Shown here piece by piece: positions 19,763 through 29,988 of a stretch of DNA of 64,000 bases. Location of the stretch: contig CBDCOX010000002.1 of assembly GCA_965219995.1 (NCBI GenBank), forward strand, positions 1,184,001 to 1,248,000. The letters are read 5' to 3'. Positions within the stretch are counted from its first letter, which is position 1. Each line of letters opens with the position of its first letter. The notes below the pieces were generated by a model. That model had not been told where the DNA came from. It made no database searches and saw only the letters and a list, made by a program, of their open reading frames with translations. This DNA is from Candidatus Latescibacterota bacterium. Lineage in GTDB: Bacteria; Latescibacterota; UBA2968; GCA-2709665. Both the position numbers and the translations under genes were made by a program.

Positions 19763-20467
19763 TCAGTTTCCGCCGGCTTCCTCTTTCGTTTTCGCCGTAT
19801 CCGCCGCAACGTCCATATCCAGCATGAGCGGACCCGACGTATCCCGCTTCGCATCGATCAGCAGCGGAGAAGCCGGTGGCGCTGCGACGGGATGGGCAGC
19901 CGCGCCCACGTCGATATCCGGACCCGTCGTGTCCGCCCCTGCCGGCTCAGGCTTCCGGCCCCAGAAGTCGGGCGTCGCATTCAGATAATAGGTGATATTG
20001 TTATCGGTCAGATAGACCGCTTTTCCGGACCCCTGACGAACATAATTCTTGCTCCAGTCTCTCTTCGACTGGCCGAACACGAATGCGGCCAGTTCCGTGC
20101 CCCCGGCGTCCCTGACGGACAGCCGGATGCCGGCTGAGTCGTCCACGGAATACACGGTCCACCGTTCCGGGCTCCGGGTCATCAGGGTCGTGCGCTCGAC
20201 GTTCAACACCCTGTCGAACAGGTTGTCAATCGGCGCTTCGCGCACCTCCAGGGAATCGTGACCAACGAGACGCCAGACGTCGCCGTCCAGGCGCAACTCG
20301 ACACGCTCGCCGCCGCGTTCGATCACGACCTGCTGAACGCTGTCACGGCTTCCCTCAAAGATCGGAATTCCCGAAGCCGTATGTCCGGTCTTGGAAAACT
20401 GGACGTAGGCGACACCCGCGGCCAGCGCCAGAATCACAATCAGCCATACCCTCGCCCGCTTAGCCAT
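19763..20467 (-). CDS. DUF4340-type accessory protein of the Gld-like ABC system
   Basis: Single N-terminal TM helix, GDVWRL, FVFG...YVR motifs; last gene of the ABC operon. Confidence 0.7.
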   Translation of the reverse strand: MAKRARVWLIVILALAAGVAYVQFSKTGHTASGIPIFEGSRDSVQQVVIERGGERVELRLDGDVWRLVGHDSLEVREAPIDNLFDRVLNVERTTLMTRSPERWTVYSVDDSAGIRLSVRDAGGTELAAFVFGQSKRDWSKNYVRQGSGKAVYLTDNNITYYLNATPDFWGRKPEPAGADTTGPDIDVGAAAHPVAAPPASPLLIDAKRDTSGPLMLDMDVAADTAKTKEEAGGN

Positions 20468-21962
20468 ATTGCTCCTCCAACATTCTTGCGCGCCCGGCCT
20501 CCCGACGCCACCGCAGCAGACCGTACGCAACGATCAGAACCGGCGGCAGCAATACATTCAGCCACTTCCAGCGCGCCTTTTCGGCGTCGTCGAGTTCCGC
20601 CAGAGGACGGGTCGTTATCTCCCGGGAGCGGAGCGCCACCAGATCGCTGTCGCCCATCAGAAAGTCGACGACATTGGCAATAAAGATGAAATTCTCCTGA
20701 AAAGTGCCGCCCGATTCGTCTTCGAACAGACCGGAATCGCCCACCACAACCACCTGGCTCATTCCCTGCGGACCTTCCTGTCGTGCCAGCGCGCCCACCA
20801 CTTTGCCCGGCTGATTGAGCGTGTTGAAGAACGGGTTTTCCATAGGCCGCAGATTGAAGAATCCTGTCATCACGCCGGACCGGTCGGACGTGTACATCAA
20901 CGGCATGGTCTGCGCGGCGCCGGCAGCCGAATCCGCCAGCGCGATCTCGCTGCTGAACAGCAGGCGCACCTGTTCGAGTCCATCCACCGTCAGGTGCTCG
21001 CCGAAGCGGTGTACCACCGGGAAAAACGGGTACTGTATCTGCGAACTCATCTGCAGGAATCCGTGGCGCTGACTGATCGTGATCGCGCTGCATCGCTGGT
21101 CCAGCACCAGGTTTTCCTTCACCTGCAGGCCCAGTGATTCCAGAAAACCGAACAGATTCGACTGTACAGGCGTGCCGCGCTGCCCGTTCAGGTCGCCCGT
21201 GACCCGACCCTGACCGATAAACAGATTGCCGCCCCTGTGCGTGAATGCCTCGAGGTTCTCGAGCTCGGCCTCGCTCAACGAGTCCGTCACCCCGCTGATC
21301 ATCAGCAGGCCGATGTCGTCAGGCACCGGCGAGGCCAGTCTGATGGTCCGGACGAGGTACGACTGCTGGAGCACGGCGGAAATATTCCGCACCGCCGGCG
21401 GCTGGTCGCCGATGATCGCGAATGCGACTGCCTGTTTTTCCGTATCGATGAGCTTTTTGATCTGCGTGGTGATTTCGTACTCCAGACCGGTCGTGCTCTC
21501 GATCACCGGGATCACCTCGCGTCCGTCTCCATAGAGGAAGACCATCCCCATGTAGACCCGCTTGACCTCCAGCTTGTCGTTTTCAACCACCTGCAGCTGC
21601 ACGGGCTGGATCCCGTATTTCCGCGCTTCCTCCGCGAGCGTCTGGTCGTCTTCGGGCCGGAAAAACTCGAACCTCACGCGGCCGCCGCCGAACGCTTCGT
21701 ACTCTTCGAGGATATCCTGCAGGTAGCGCCGGTTGTTTCCGTACTGGCCGGGAAGATTGTCCGTAAAGTAGACTTTCATCGTCAGCAGATCTTCCACCTG
21801 GTCCACCACCCGCTTGCTGGAATCGGAAAGCGAATAGATCCCGTTCGCGGTCAGATCCAGCCGAAAGAACAGGTCTCTCGACACGAAGTTCAATGCCGCG
21901 ACGATGACGACCGCCAGGAGCAGATAGATGGTGAACGAACGTCTATTGTGAACCGCAAACAT
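20460..21962 (-). CDS. GldG-family ABC transporter auxiliary component
   Basis: RLDLTANGIYSLS, YMGMV..YG, LEYEIT, VVVGDS, C-terminal TM helix. Confidence 0.85.
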   Translation of the reverse strand: MFAVHNRRSFTIYLLLAVVIVAALNFVSRDLFFRLDLTANGIYSLSDSSKRVVDQVEDLLTMKVYFTDNLPGQYGNNRRYLQDILEEYEAFGGGRVRFEFFRPEDDQTLAEEARKYGIQPVQLQVVENDKLEVKRVYMGMVFLYGDGREVIPVIESTTGLEYEITTQIKKLIDTEKQAVAFAIIGDQPPAVRNISAVLQQSYLVRTIRLASPVPDDIGLLMISGVTDSLSEAELENLEAFTHRGGNLFIGQGRVTGDLNGQRGTPVQSNLFGFLESLGLQVKENLVLDQRCSAITISQRHGFLQMSSQIQYPFFPVVHRFGEHLTVDGLEQVRLLFSSEIALADSAAGAAQTMPLMYTSDRSGVMTGFFNLRPMENPFFNTLNQPGKVVGALARQEGPQGMSQVVVVGDSGLFEDESGGTFQENFIFIANVVDFLMGDSDLVALRSREITTRPLAELDDAEKARWKWLNVLLPPVLIVAYGLLRWRREAGRARMLEEQYG

Positions 21963-21965
21963 CGA

Positions 21966-22679
21966 CTACCTCCACTTCCTCATCTCGAGAACCCGCAGGG
22001 TGAGCGCCAGAAACAACCAGATCATCCCCGCGAAATAGACAAGATTCCTCGAATCGATAACGCCGCGTGCAATGTTCGACAGGTGGAAGTCCACACTTAC
22101 GTATTGGGCAATCGTCGCCAGCCCGGCCGGTATGAAAAGCAGCAGCTTGTCGAGCAGGAAAAACACCATCACGATCGCGATCGCGATAATCAACGAAACC
22201 ACCTGGTTCTCCGTCAGGCTGCTTGCAAACGTGCCAACCGCCGCATAAAACGCGCCGACGAGGACGAGTCCGATATATCCGGTAATGACCGCGCCGACGT
22301 CGACGTGGGTCCCCACGGCAAGGAGCGTGAGAAAATGCACCAGCGTAAACAGCAGCCCCACCGCGATCAGGCTAACCGCCGCCAGGTATTTGCCCGTGAC
22401 GAATTCAACGTCCTGAATGGGCATGGTGGTCAGTACTTCCATGGTGCCCAGGTTCTTCTCCTTCGCGACCAGTCCCATCGAAATGGCCGGCACGAAGAAC
22501 AGGAAGACCAGCGGGACGATGTTGAAAAGGGCGCGCATATCTGACTGTCCGATAAGGAAGAACGTGCTCGTGAAGAAGTAACCGCTCAAAACCGCAAAGA
22601 TCACGAGAAATATATAGGCCATGGGGCTGTTGAAATAGGAACGGAGTTCCTTGAGATAGATCGCCTTCGTATTACGCAT
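21966..22679 (-). CDS. ABC-2 permease (GldF-like)
   Basis: KELRSYFNSPMAY, EKNLGTMEVLTT, RGVIDSR; six TM segments. Confidence 0.9.
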   Translation of the reverse strand: MRNTKAIYLKELRSYFNSPMAYIFLVIFAVLSGYFFTSTFFLIGQSDMRALFNIVPLVFLFFVPAISMGLVAKEKNLGTMEVLTTMPIQDVEFVTGKYLAAVSLIAVGLLFTLVHFLTLLAVGTHVDVGAVITGYIGLVLVGAFYAAVGTFASSLTENQVVSLIIAIAIVMVFFLLDKLLLFIPAGLATIAQYVSVDFHLSNIARGVIDSRNLVYFAGMIWLFLALTLRVLEMRKWR

Positions 22680-23616
22680 CGGACGCCCCCTCCGCGGTGA
22701 GATTTCTGAATACGTCCTCCAGTTGAACCCGGGCCTGGCTCATCTCCAGGATCACCCATCCATGATCTCTGGCATAGTGAAAAATGCGCTCCCTGGGATC
22801 CGTGTTGCGGTCGTATTCCAGAACGAGCGTTCGAGATCCGTTGTTTTCCGCCGCGCCGGAAAGCGCGACGCCCTCCAGTTGTTCGGGCAGCCGCTGCACG
22901 CTCTCGTCTTCCGCCTGTCTGACCTCCAGCGTCAACTGCGTCTGCCCCCTGAAGCTGGACATCAGCTCCTCCCGCAGTCCGTCCGCGACGATTTCACCAT
23001 TGTGAATGATGATGATGCGGTCCACCGTCGCTTCGATTTCCTGCAGGATGTGGCTGGACATGATCAGCGTCTTCTCGCGCCCGAGAGACCGGATCAGTTC
23101 CCGGATTTCCACAATCTGGTTGGGATCCAGCCCGGTAACGGGTTCGTCCAGAATCAGGATATCCGGATCATGCAGCATGGCCGTTGCCAGGCCGATCCGC
23201 TGTTTATACCCCTTGGAACACTCCTGCACCGCCCGGTGAACCACGCCGGCGAGACCGCACTGCTCGACAACGCGCTCCAATGCCTGCCGGAACGCCCGCC
23301 CCTCCATGCGTCGGATCGTCGCAATAAAGGAAAGCAGGTCGTAAACGATCATTTCGCCGTAGAGTGGATTCAGCTCCGGCAGGTACCCCACCCGCCTGCG
23401 GATCTCCAGGGAATCGTCCACGATGTTCATATCGTCCACGAATACGTCGCCGGCGGTTGCCGACAGGTAGCCGGTCATCACCTTCAGCGTGGTGGACTTG
23501 CCGGCCCCGTTCTCGCCCAGAAATCCCAGAATCTCTCCATCGTTAACCTGGAAGCTGATATCCCGAACGGCCCGGACATCACCGTAGTTCTTGACCAAGT
23601 TCTCCACCCGGATCAT
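22672..23616 (-). CDS. ABC transporter ATP-binding protein (GldA-like)
   Basis: GENGAGKST, SKGYKQR, ILDEPVTGLDPNQI, SSHIL. Confidence 0.92.
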   Translation of the reverse strand: MIRVENLVKNYGDVRAVRDISFQVNDGEILGFLGENGAGKSTTLKVMTGYLSATAGDVFVDDMNIVDDSLEIRRRVGYLPELNPLYGEMIVYDLLSFIATIRRMEGRAFRQALERVVEQCGLAGVVHRAVQECSKGYKQRIGLATAMLHDPDILILDEPVTGLDPNQIVEIRELIRSLGREKTLIMSSHILQEIEATVDRIIIIHNGEIVADGLREELMSSFRGQTQLTLEVRQAEDESVQRLPEQLEGVALSGAAENNGSRTLVLEYDRNTDPRERIFHYARDHGWVILEMSQARVQLEDVFRNLTAEGASDA

Positions 23617-23884
23617 TCACGGTCCTCCATCAATCCATGGTGCTCGCGTAACTCCTGACGCATTCAAATTCGACCGGAAAATTAATAAAAAAAGCGGAAT
23701 CCTGTCAAGCCCCCGGCACAAAAAAGAGCACTTTCCCTCATCCACGGCCCGCAACGCCGGGATTCGGGGAGGGAGCGCAACGCCGGTTTTCGGTCACAAG
23801 GGCCGGACGCAGCCCGGATGGACTTTATCAACGGGCTGTCAGCCGAGAGCGCGGAAGCGGAATGGTGATAACGCCTGATTTTCC

Positions 23885-23913
23885 TTGACACGCTATTACA
23901 AATCCAGTATTTT
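23885..23913 (+). promoter_or_regulatory. Sigma70-type promoter of the ilvN-leu operon
   Basis: TTGACA-N17-TATTTT in the divergent intergenic region. Confidence 0.6.
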
Positions 23914-24247
23914 TCGTGTTTTAAGATCAGGATGGATGGGTCCCTATCGGAGAGTGCGGCGATGAATCCTCACCCTTTGCCCAGCGCACCGGCTGCCTGC
24001 GGCGCCTTCCCCTTACCGGTTCCGCGCCCTTCGCGCGCTGCTTTCGTCGCATGCACGGAAATCCTTATTCTCCCCGCGTCCTCCAGCCTCTTGTTGTCCG
24101 CCATCCTTCCGGACAATTGAACGAACACAAGAGGCTCTCTTCCACTTCGAATCACCTGAAAATTCAAAAAACGCCGATCCCGGAACGAGCCTCTCGGGCA
24201 ATCGCCAGGTCCTTGCCCTGTCATGACTTTGCCATGAGGAACGAACA

Positions 24248-24760
24248 ATGCCGATAAGACACACCATTTCCGCGCTGGTCGAAAACCACTTCGGCGTTCT
24301 GTGCCGCATTTCCGGCCTCTTTTCCAGCCGCGGTTTCAACATCGACAGCCTTTCGGTCGGAGAAACCGAAGATCCCACCATATCCCGCATGACCATTGTC
24401 GTGAGGGGCGACGACCGCGTGCTGGAGCAGGTGGTCAAACAGCTCAATCGGCTCGTAGACGTCATCCGGGTCATCGACATCACCCAGGGTGAATTCGTCG
24501 AGCGCGAACTGGCGCTCATTAACGTAAAGACCCGAATCGACACGCGATCCGAAATCATCCAGATCGCGGAAATCTTCAGGGCAGGCGTCGTGGATGTCAG
24601 CACCAACTCGATGACCATCGAAGTCACCGGGAAAGAGGACAAAATCGCGGCGATGATCAACATGCTGCGCGACTACGGGATCAATGAAATTGCCAGGACG
24701 GGCACGGTCGCACTGCTGCGGGACTCCCAGATGAAGGAAGACGCAGAAGTGGACAAGTAA
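24248..24760 (+). CDS. ilvN: Acetolactate synthase small (regulatory) subunit
   Basis: [44 protein letters not shown]. Confidence 0.95.
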   Translation: MPIRHTISALVENHFGVLCRISGLFSSRGFNIDSLSVGETEDPTISRMTIVVRGDDRVLEQVVKQLNRLVDVIRVIDITQGEFVERELALINVKTRIDTRSEIIQIAEIFRAGVVDVSTNSMTIEVTGKEDKIAAMINMLRDYGINEIARTGTVALLRDSQMKEDAEVDK

Positions 24761-24934
24761 CAGTGCATACCGTGAAGCGGGCAGAACCCGACAGAGCAGA
24801 CGACGGACCGAATTCACCTCTCAACTCGATGCGGAAGCCTGCAGAACCTGCCCGCATTTTACGGCGGGCCCGCAGTCGGGCGGGTTTCTGTACCGCCGGT
24901 TGCCTGATCCGGTCGAAGGAGGCGAAAACTCCCC

Positions 24935-26479
24935 ATGGACAGTCGAGACCGTGTTGTCATCTTCGACACCACATTGCGCGACGCCGAACAGACGCCCGGT
25001 GCGAAACTCTCGGTACGGGAAAAGGTCGAAATCGCCCACCAGCTCGCCAAACTCAAGGTGGACGTCATCGAAGCCGGCTTTCCGATCTCGTCGGCCGAAG
25101 ACTTCGAAGCGGTACGGCGAATCGGACAGGAAGTCGAGGGTCCGGCCGTGTGCGGCCTCTCCAGGGCCGTCATCAAGGATATCGACCGCGCCGGCGAAGC
25201 ACTCAGAGGTGCGGCCAAACCCAGGATCCATACATTCATCGGCACCTCGCCGAACCATATCGCGATGGTCGGCAAATCCGCCGACGAGGTCCTCGGCATG
25301 GCCGTCGATGCCGTCAGGAGGGCGCGGGCGTACGTCGATGACGTCGAATTCTCGCCTATGGACGCGGCCCGTACAGAACCCGGGTACCTCTATGCGATCA
25401 TCGAGGCCACCATTGAAGCCGGCGCATCCACGGTGAACATTCCGGATACAGTGGGCTATGCCGTCCCCGAACAGTTCGGCGGCCTCATCCGGAACATACG
25501 CGAGAACGTTCCCAATATAGGCCGGGCCGTCATCAGCGTACACTGTCACGACGACCTCGGGATGGCGGTCATCAACAGTCTCACAGCCATCCTGAACGGC
25601 GCGCGGCAGGCGGAATGTACCGTCAACGGCCTGGGCGAGCGTGCGGGCAACGCCTCGCTCGAGGAAATCGTGATGGCAATACGTACACGGGAAGACTATT
25701 ATCGGCTATGTACGAATATAGACACAAAGGAGATCTGTCCGACAAGCCGGCTCGTGAGCCGGCTGATGGGCATACCCGTTGCGCCCAACAAGGCGATCGT
25801 GGGCGCCAACGCCTTCGCGCACAGTTCCGGTATACACCAGGACGGCGTCCTGAAAAACCGTACGAACTTTGAAATCATCGACCCGAAAGACGTAGGCCTC
25901 GAAGCCACGAGCATCGTCCTCACGGCAAGATCGGGGCGCCACGCCCTCCGGCACCGGCTGGAAGAACTGGGATACCACCTCCAACAGAACGACCTGAACA
26001 AGGCGTACGAGCGATTTCTTATCGTTGCCGACAAGAAAAAAGAAGTGTACGACGAAGACCTGATGGCCATTGTCGAGGACGAGATCCGGGATATCCCCGA
26101 AAAATACAAGCTTCTGTACATGCACACCACGAGCGGCACCGGCACCATCCCCTCCGCAACCGTGCGGATTTGCATTGAGGGCGAAAGAGAAATCCAGGAG
26201 TCCGCCTGGGGCGACGGACCGGTCGACGCCACCTACAAGGCCATCGCCAAAGCCACGTCGACGGACGTACAGGTCGACGAATGCCACATCCGTTCCGTCA
26301 CCCACGGCGCCGAAGCGATGGGTGAAGTGACCGTTAAAGTCAGCGGGCCGGAAGACGGCGCCACGGGAAGGGGCGCATCGACGGACATCATCCAGGCCAG
26401 CGCGAAGGCCTACATCGACGCCCTGAACCACCTGGCCTTGCGCTCCGGCGTAAGGCGGCACCGGACGGAAGCGGTATAG
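24935..26479 (+). CDS. leuA: 2-isopropylmalate synthase
   Basis: [31 protein letters not shown]-terminal GDGPVDA regulatory domain. Confidence 0.95.
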   Translation: MDSRDRVVIFDTTLRDAEQTPGAKLSVREKVEIAHQLAKLKVDVIEAGFPISSAEDFEAVRRIGQEVEGPAVCGLSRAVIKDIDRAGEALRGAAKPRIHTFIGTSPNHIAMVGKSADEVLGMAVDAVRRARAYVDDVEFSPMDAARTEPGYLYAIIEATIEAGASTVNIPDTVGYAVPEQFGGLIRNIRENVPNIGRAVISVHCHDDLGMAVINSLTAILNGARQAECTVNGLGERAGNASLEEIVMAIRTREDYYRLCTNIDTKEICPTSRLVSRLMGIPVAPNKAIVGANAFAHSSGIHQDGVLKNRTNFEIIDPKDVGLEATSIVLTARSGRHALRHRLEELGYHLQQNDLNKAYERFLIVADKKKEVYDEDLMAIVEDEIRDIPEKYKLLYMHTTSGTGTIPSATVRICIEGEREIQESAWGDGPVDATYKAIAKATSTDVQVDECHIRSVTHGAEAMGEVTVKVSGPEDGATGRGASTDIIQASAKAYIDALNHLALRSGVRRHRTEAV

Positions 26480-26546
26480 GAGCGGCGGAACCGCCCGGCG
26501 CCAATTTTCGGCTTTCCAACTGTCAGATCCGGAGGTTGCACCATCC

Positions 26547-27950
26547 ATGGGCAAGAGTCTGTTTTACAAGGTGTGGGACGCCCACGCCGTACGTGAACTT
26601 CCATCGGGACAGACCCAGCTTTTCATCGGCCTGCACCTGATTCACGAAGTAACGAGCCCCCAGGCGTTTCAGATGATGCGCGAGCGCGACCTCAAAGTCG
26701 CGTACCCGGAGCGCACCTTTGCCACGGTGGACCATATTGTTCCCACCGATATCCGTACCCGCCCGCTGATGGATCCCATGGCGGAAGAGATGCTCGGCGC
26801 GATCGAGGAAAACTCGCGGGAATTCGACATTCCCCTCTTCAATCTCCACGACGACCGTCAGGGCATCGTCCATATCATCGGCCCCGAACTCGGGCTCACG
26901 CAACCGGGCATGACCATCGCCTGCGGCGACAGCCACACATCCACCCACGGGGCGTTCGGCGCAATCGCCTTCGGCATCGGGACCTCACAGGTGCGCGACG
27001 TCCTCGCCACGCAGTGCCTCGCCATGCACCCGCTCAGGGTCCGCCGCATCGAAGTGACCGGCAGCCTCCCGAAAGGCGTGTACGCGAAAGACGTTATCCT
27101 CAACATCATTCGCCGGCTCGGCGTCAACGGCGGCGTCGGTTACGCATATGAATACGCCGGACCTGTAATCGACGGGTTGAGCATGGAAGAACGCATGTCG
27201 ATCTGCAACATGTCCATCGAAGGCGGCGCCCGCGCGGGATACATCAATCCGGACCAGACCACGTTCGACTATCTCGCGGGCCGGGCTTACTCGCCGTCGA
27301 ACGGCGGGTTCGACAGGGCTGTGGACTGGTGGAAGACGATGGCCTCGGACGCCGATGCCCCGTACGACGATATCTTCGAACTGGACGGGGCGGCGCTCGA
27401 ACCCACCGTGACATGGGGCATCACTCCGGGCCAGGGCGTTTTTGTGACGGAAAAAGTCCCCGCCCTGCGGGATCTTCGTGACGATGAACGGGACGTCGCC
27501 GCCGAAGCCTACGAGTATATGGATTTCGACGCGGGTAGCCCCATCGCGGGCACGCCGATCGACGTCGCGTTCATCGGCTCCTGCACCAACGGCCGGATTT
27601 CCGATCTTCGAGAGGCCGCCAGCGTCGTGAAGGGGAACAGAGTGTCGGGCAACGTCAAGGCCCTAGTCGTGCCCGGCTCCGCGGCCGTGCGCAGGAACGC
27701 GGAATCGGAAGGCCTGCATGAGGTTTTCCGGGAGGCCGGGTTTGAGTGGAGAGAAGCAGGTTGTTCCATGTGTCTTGCCATGAACCCGGACAAGCTCCAG
27801 CACCGCCAGATCTGCGCTTCTTCGAGCAACCGGAATTTCAAGGGCCGCCAGGGCAGCCCCACGGGCCGCACCCTGCTGATGAGCCCGGCAATGGTCGCCG
27901 CCGCGGCCGTTTCCGGCGAAGTGACAGACGTACGTGCCATGCTCACGTGA
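26547..27950 (+). CDS. leuC: 3-isopropylmalate dehydratase large subunit
   Basis: [47 protein letters not shown]. Confidence 0.97.
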   Translation: MGKSLFYKVWDAHAVRELPSGQTQLFIGLHLIHEVTSPQAFQMMRERDLKVAYPERTFATVDHIVPTDIRTRPLMDPMAEEMLGAIEENSREFDIPLFNLHDDRQGIVHIIGPELGLTQPGMTIACGDSHTSTHGAFGAIAFGIGTSQVRDVLATQCLAMHPLRVRRIEVTGSLPKGVYAKDVILNIIRRLGVNGGVGYAYEYAGPVIDGLSMEERMSICNMSIEGGARAGYINPDQTTFDYLAGRAYSPSNGGFDRAVDWWKTMASDADAPYDDIFELDGAALEPTVTWGITPGQGVFVTEKVPALRDLRDDERDVAAEAYEYMDFDAGSPIAGTPIDVAFIGSCTNGRISDLREAASVVKGNRVSGNVKALVVPGSAAVRRNAESEGLHEVFREAGFEWREAGCSMCLAMNPDKLQHRQICASSSNRNFKGRQGSPTGRTLLMSPAMVAAAAVSGEVTDVRAMLT

Positions 27951-27962
27951 AAGGGCATCCTG

Positions 27963-28559
27963 ATGAACGGCGCAACCTCCTCAGTCACCCGCGCATGGGG
28001 TCGAGGCATCCCGTTGCGGGGCAACGACATCGATACCGACCGGATCATTCCCGCCAGGTACCTGCGCAAGATCACGTTCGAGGGCCTGGGGGAATTCGCC
28101 TTTGAAGACGACCGCAAGTCCACGGACCATCCTTTCGACGACGCCCGGTACCGGGGGGCGTCCATACTGGTGGTCAATGCCAACTTCGGATGCGGATCTT
28201 CCCGCGAACACGCGCCGCAGGCCATCATGCGCCGGGGTATCAGAGCCATCGTGGGCGAGTCGTTTGCGGAGATATTCCAGGGCAACTGCACTGCAATGGG
28301 TTTGCCCTGCGTCACGGCGTCCGCCGCGAGCATTCAGACCCTGATGGACGCCATCGAATCCGATCCGACACGGGAGATCACCGTCGACCTGGAGGCAATG
28401 ACCCTGGTTTGCGGCGATCTGGGCGTCGAGGTCCGGATTCCGGACGGAGACCGCATTCAGCTCCTGGAAGGGACGTGGGACGCCACGGGGATGCTTCTGG
28501 ACGGTCGCGAGGCCGTTCGCTCCGTCGCGCGGAATCTCCCGTATATCTCAGGTTTTTAA
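27963..28559 (+). CDS. leuD: 3-isopropylmalate dehydratase small subunit
   Basis: DIDTDRIIPAR, NFGCGSSREHAP, SFAEIF. Confidence 0.96.
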   Translation: MNGATSSVTRAWGRGIPLRGNDIDTDRIIPARYLRKITFEGLGEFAFEDDRKSTDHPFDDARYRGASILVVNANFGCGSSREHAPQAIMRRGIRAIVGESFAEIFQGNCTAMGLPCVTASAASIQTLMDAIESDPTREITVDLEAMTLVCGDLGVEVRIPDGDRIQLLEGTWDATGMLLDGREAVRSVARNLPYISGF

Positions 28560-28576
28560 TCCATCGGAGGAAACCA

Positions 28577-29641
28577 TTGTCTTATAAGATCGCAGTGGTC
28601 CCCGGCGACGGCACCGGGCCTGAAGTTGTCGAGGAAGGGCTGAAATGCGTCACCGCCACCGCGCGGAAATGCGGTTTCGACTTTGATACGGTCACCTTCG
28701 ATTTCGGCGGCGATCGGTACCTGAGAACCGGCGAGACCCTGCCGGACTCGGCACTCGAGGAACTCCGTGGATTCGACGCCATCTATCTGGGCGCGATCGG
28801 CCATCCGGACGTCCGCCCCGGGATCCTGGAGAAAGGCATTCTCCTGAGAACCCGTTTTGAACTCGACCAGTACATCAATCTGCGTCCGGTCAAGCTATAT
28901 CCCAGCGTGGACTGCCCTCTTAAGGACAAGGGCCCCGAGGACATCGATTTTGTCGTCGTGCGGGAAAATACCGAGGGCCTCTATTCCGGCGCTGGCGGAT
29001 TCCTGAAAAAGGGCACCCCGGACGAGGTCGCCGTCCAGGAATCCGTCAATACCCGAAAGGGTGTCGAGCGCTGCCTGAGGTATGCCTTCGAATACACGCG
29101 CAGACGCAAGCGGGAGAACACCCTTACCCTTTGCGGCAAGACCAACGTGCTGACCTTTGCCTTCGACCTCTGGGAGCGCGCGTTCAACGAAATCGGAGGC
29201 GCCGAGTACCCCGATGTCAAGCGCGACTATGCCCACGTTGACGCCATCACGATGTGGATGGTGAAAAACCCGGAGTGGTTCGACGTCATTGTCACCGACA
29301 ACATGTTCGGCGACATCATCACCGACCTGGGGGCGATGATCCAGGGCGGGATGGGCGTCGCGGCCGGCGGCAACATCAACCCTGAGGGCGTCTCCATGTT
29401 CGAGCCCATCGGCGGATCGGCGCCGAAATATACCGGCATGGGGGTCATCAATCCCGTGGCCGGCATCGCCGCCGCGCAGATGATGCTCGACGTTCTGGGC
29501 GAGACCGACGGCGCCTCCATTCTGGAAAGCGCCATCATCCACGTCGTTGGCACCAGACTCAAGGGTATGGGCGCCGGAGAGATGGGCTGCAGCACCTCCG
29601 AAGTCGGCGACCTCATCGCCGACGCAGTCGCACGCGCCTAG
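28577..29641 (+). CDS. leuB: 3-isopropylmalate dehydrogenase
   Basis: TTG start after GGAGG; PGDGTGPEV, NLRP, VRENTEG, DNMFGDIITD, FEPIGGSAP. Confidence 0.92.
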   Translation: MSYKIAVVPGDGTGPEVVEEGLKCVTATARKCGFDFDTVTFDFGGDRYLRTGETLPDSALEELRGFDAIYLGAIGHPDVRPGILEKGILLRTRFELDQYINLRPVKLYPSVDCPLKDKGPEDIDFVVVRENTEGLYSGAGGFLKKGTPDEVAVQESVNTRKGVERCLRYAFEYTRRRKRENTLTLCGKTNVLTFAFDLWERAFNEIGGAEYPDVKRDYAHVDAITMWMVKNPEWFDVIVTDNMFGDIITDLGAMIQGGMGVAAGGNINPEGVSMFEPIGGSAPKYTGMGVINPVAGIAAAQMMLDVLGETDGASILESAIIHVVGTRLKGMGAGEMGCSTSEVGDLIADAVARA

Positions 29642-29805
29642 TGTTCTGTCCCAGAAATAAGTTGCCTGAATTCGGCCGTCGAGTCGCCCGGCACGCAAGG
29701 CGCCAGAGCGCAGGCGACCTAGCCAGGTCGGCGAGCGAAGGCAACGCTGCGAGACGGGATGAATCGGCGGAAGAATGGTGAGGTATTTTTGGGACAGGAC
29801 ACGAG
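29639..29805. mobile_element. MITE/REP-like element with ~19-bp imperfect terminal inverted repeats
   Basis: Left GTGTTCTGTCCCAGAAATA (29641-29659) versus right TATTTTTGGGACAGGACAC (29784-29802); internal palindrome CGACCT-AGCC-AGGTCG; no transposase. Confidence 0.7.
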
Positions 29806-29988
29806 CGCGGAGAACTGTCGATGACGCACGAGAATTCAGCGGAAAGGAAGTGGAATCAGCCGGGCGGCGGCCGCCGCCCGGACCGCATTGGATCGGCGGA
29901 CGATTGATTTCAAGGGCGCGACCCCGGCCGACCGGGCGCGCCTGTTCGAGTTCCGCCAATCTCCAATCCAATGCACAGGGAGCTATTC

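Noticed and set aside
19763-23616. Gliding motility locus
   Set aside because: GldA/F/G-like ABC systems with DUF4340 are widespread in non-gliding bacteria, and no other gld or spr genes are present.
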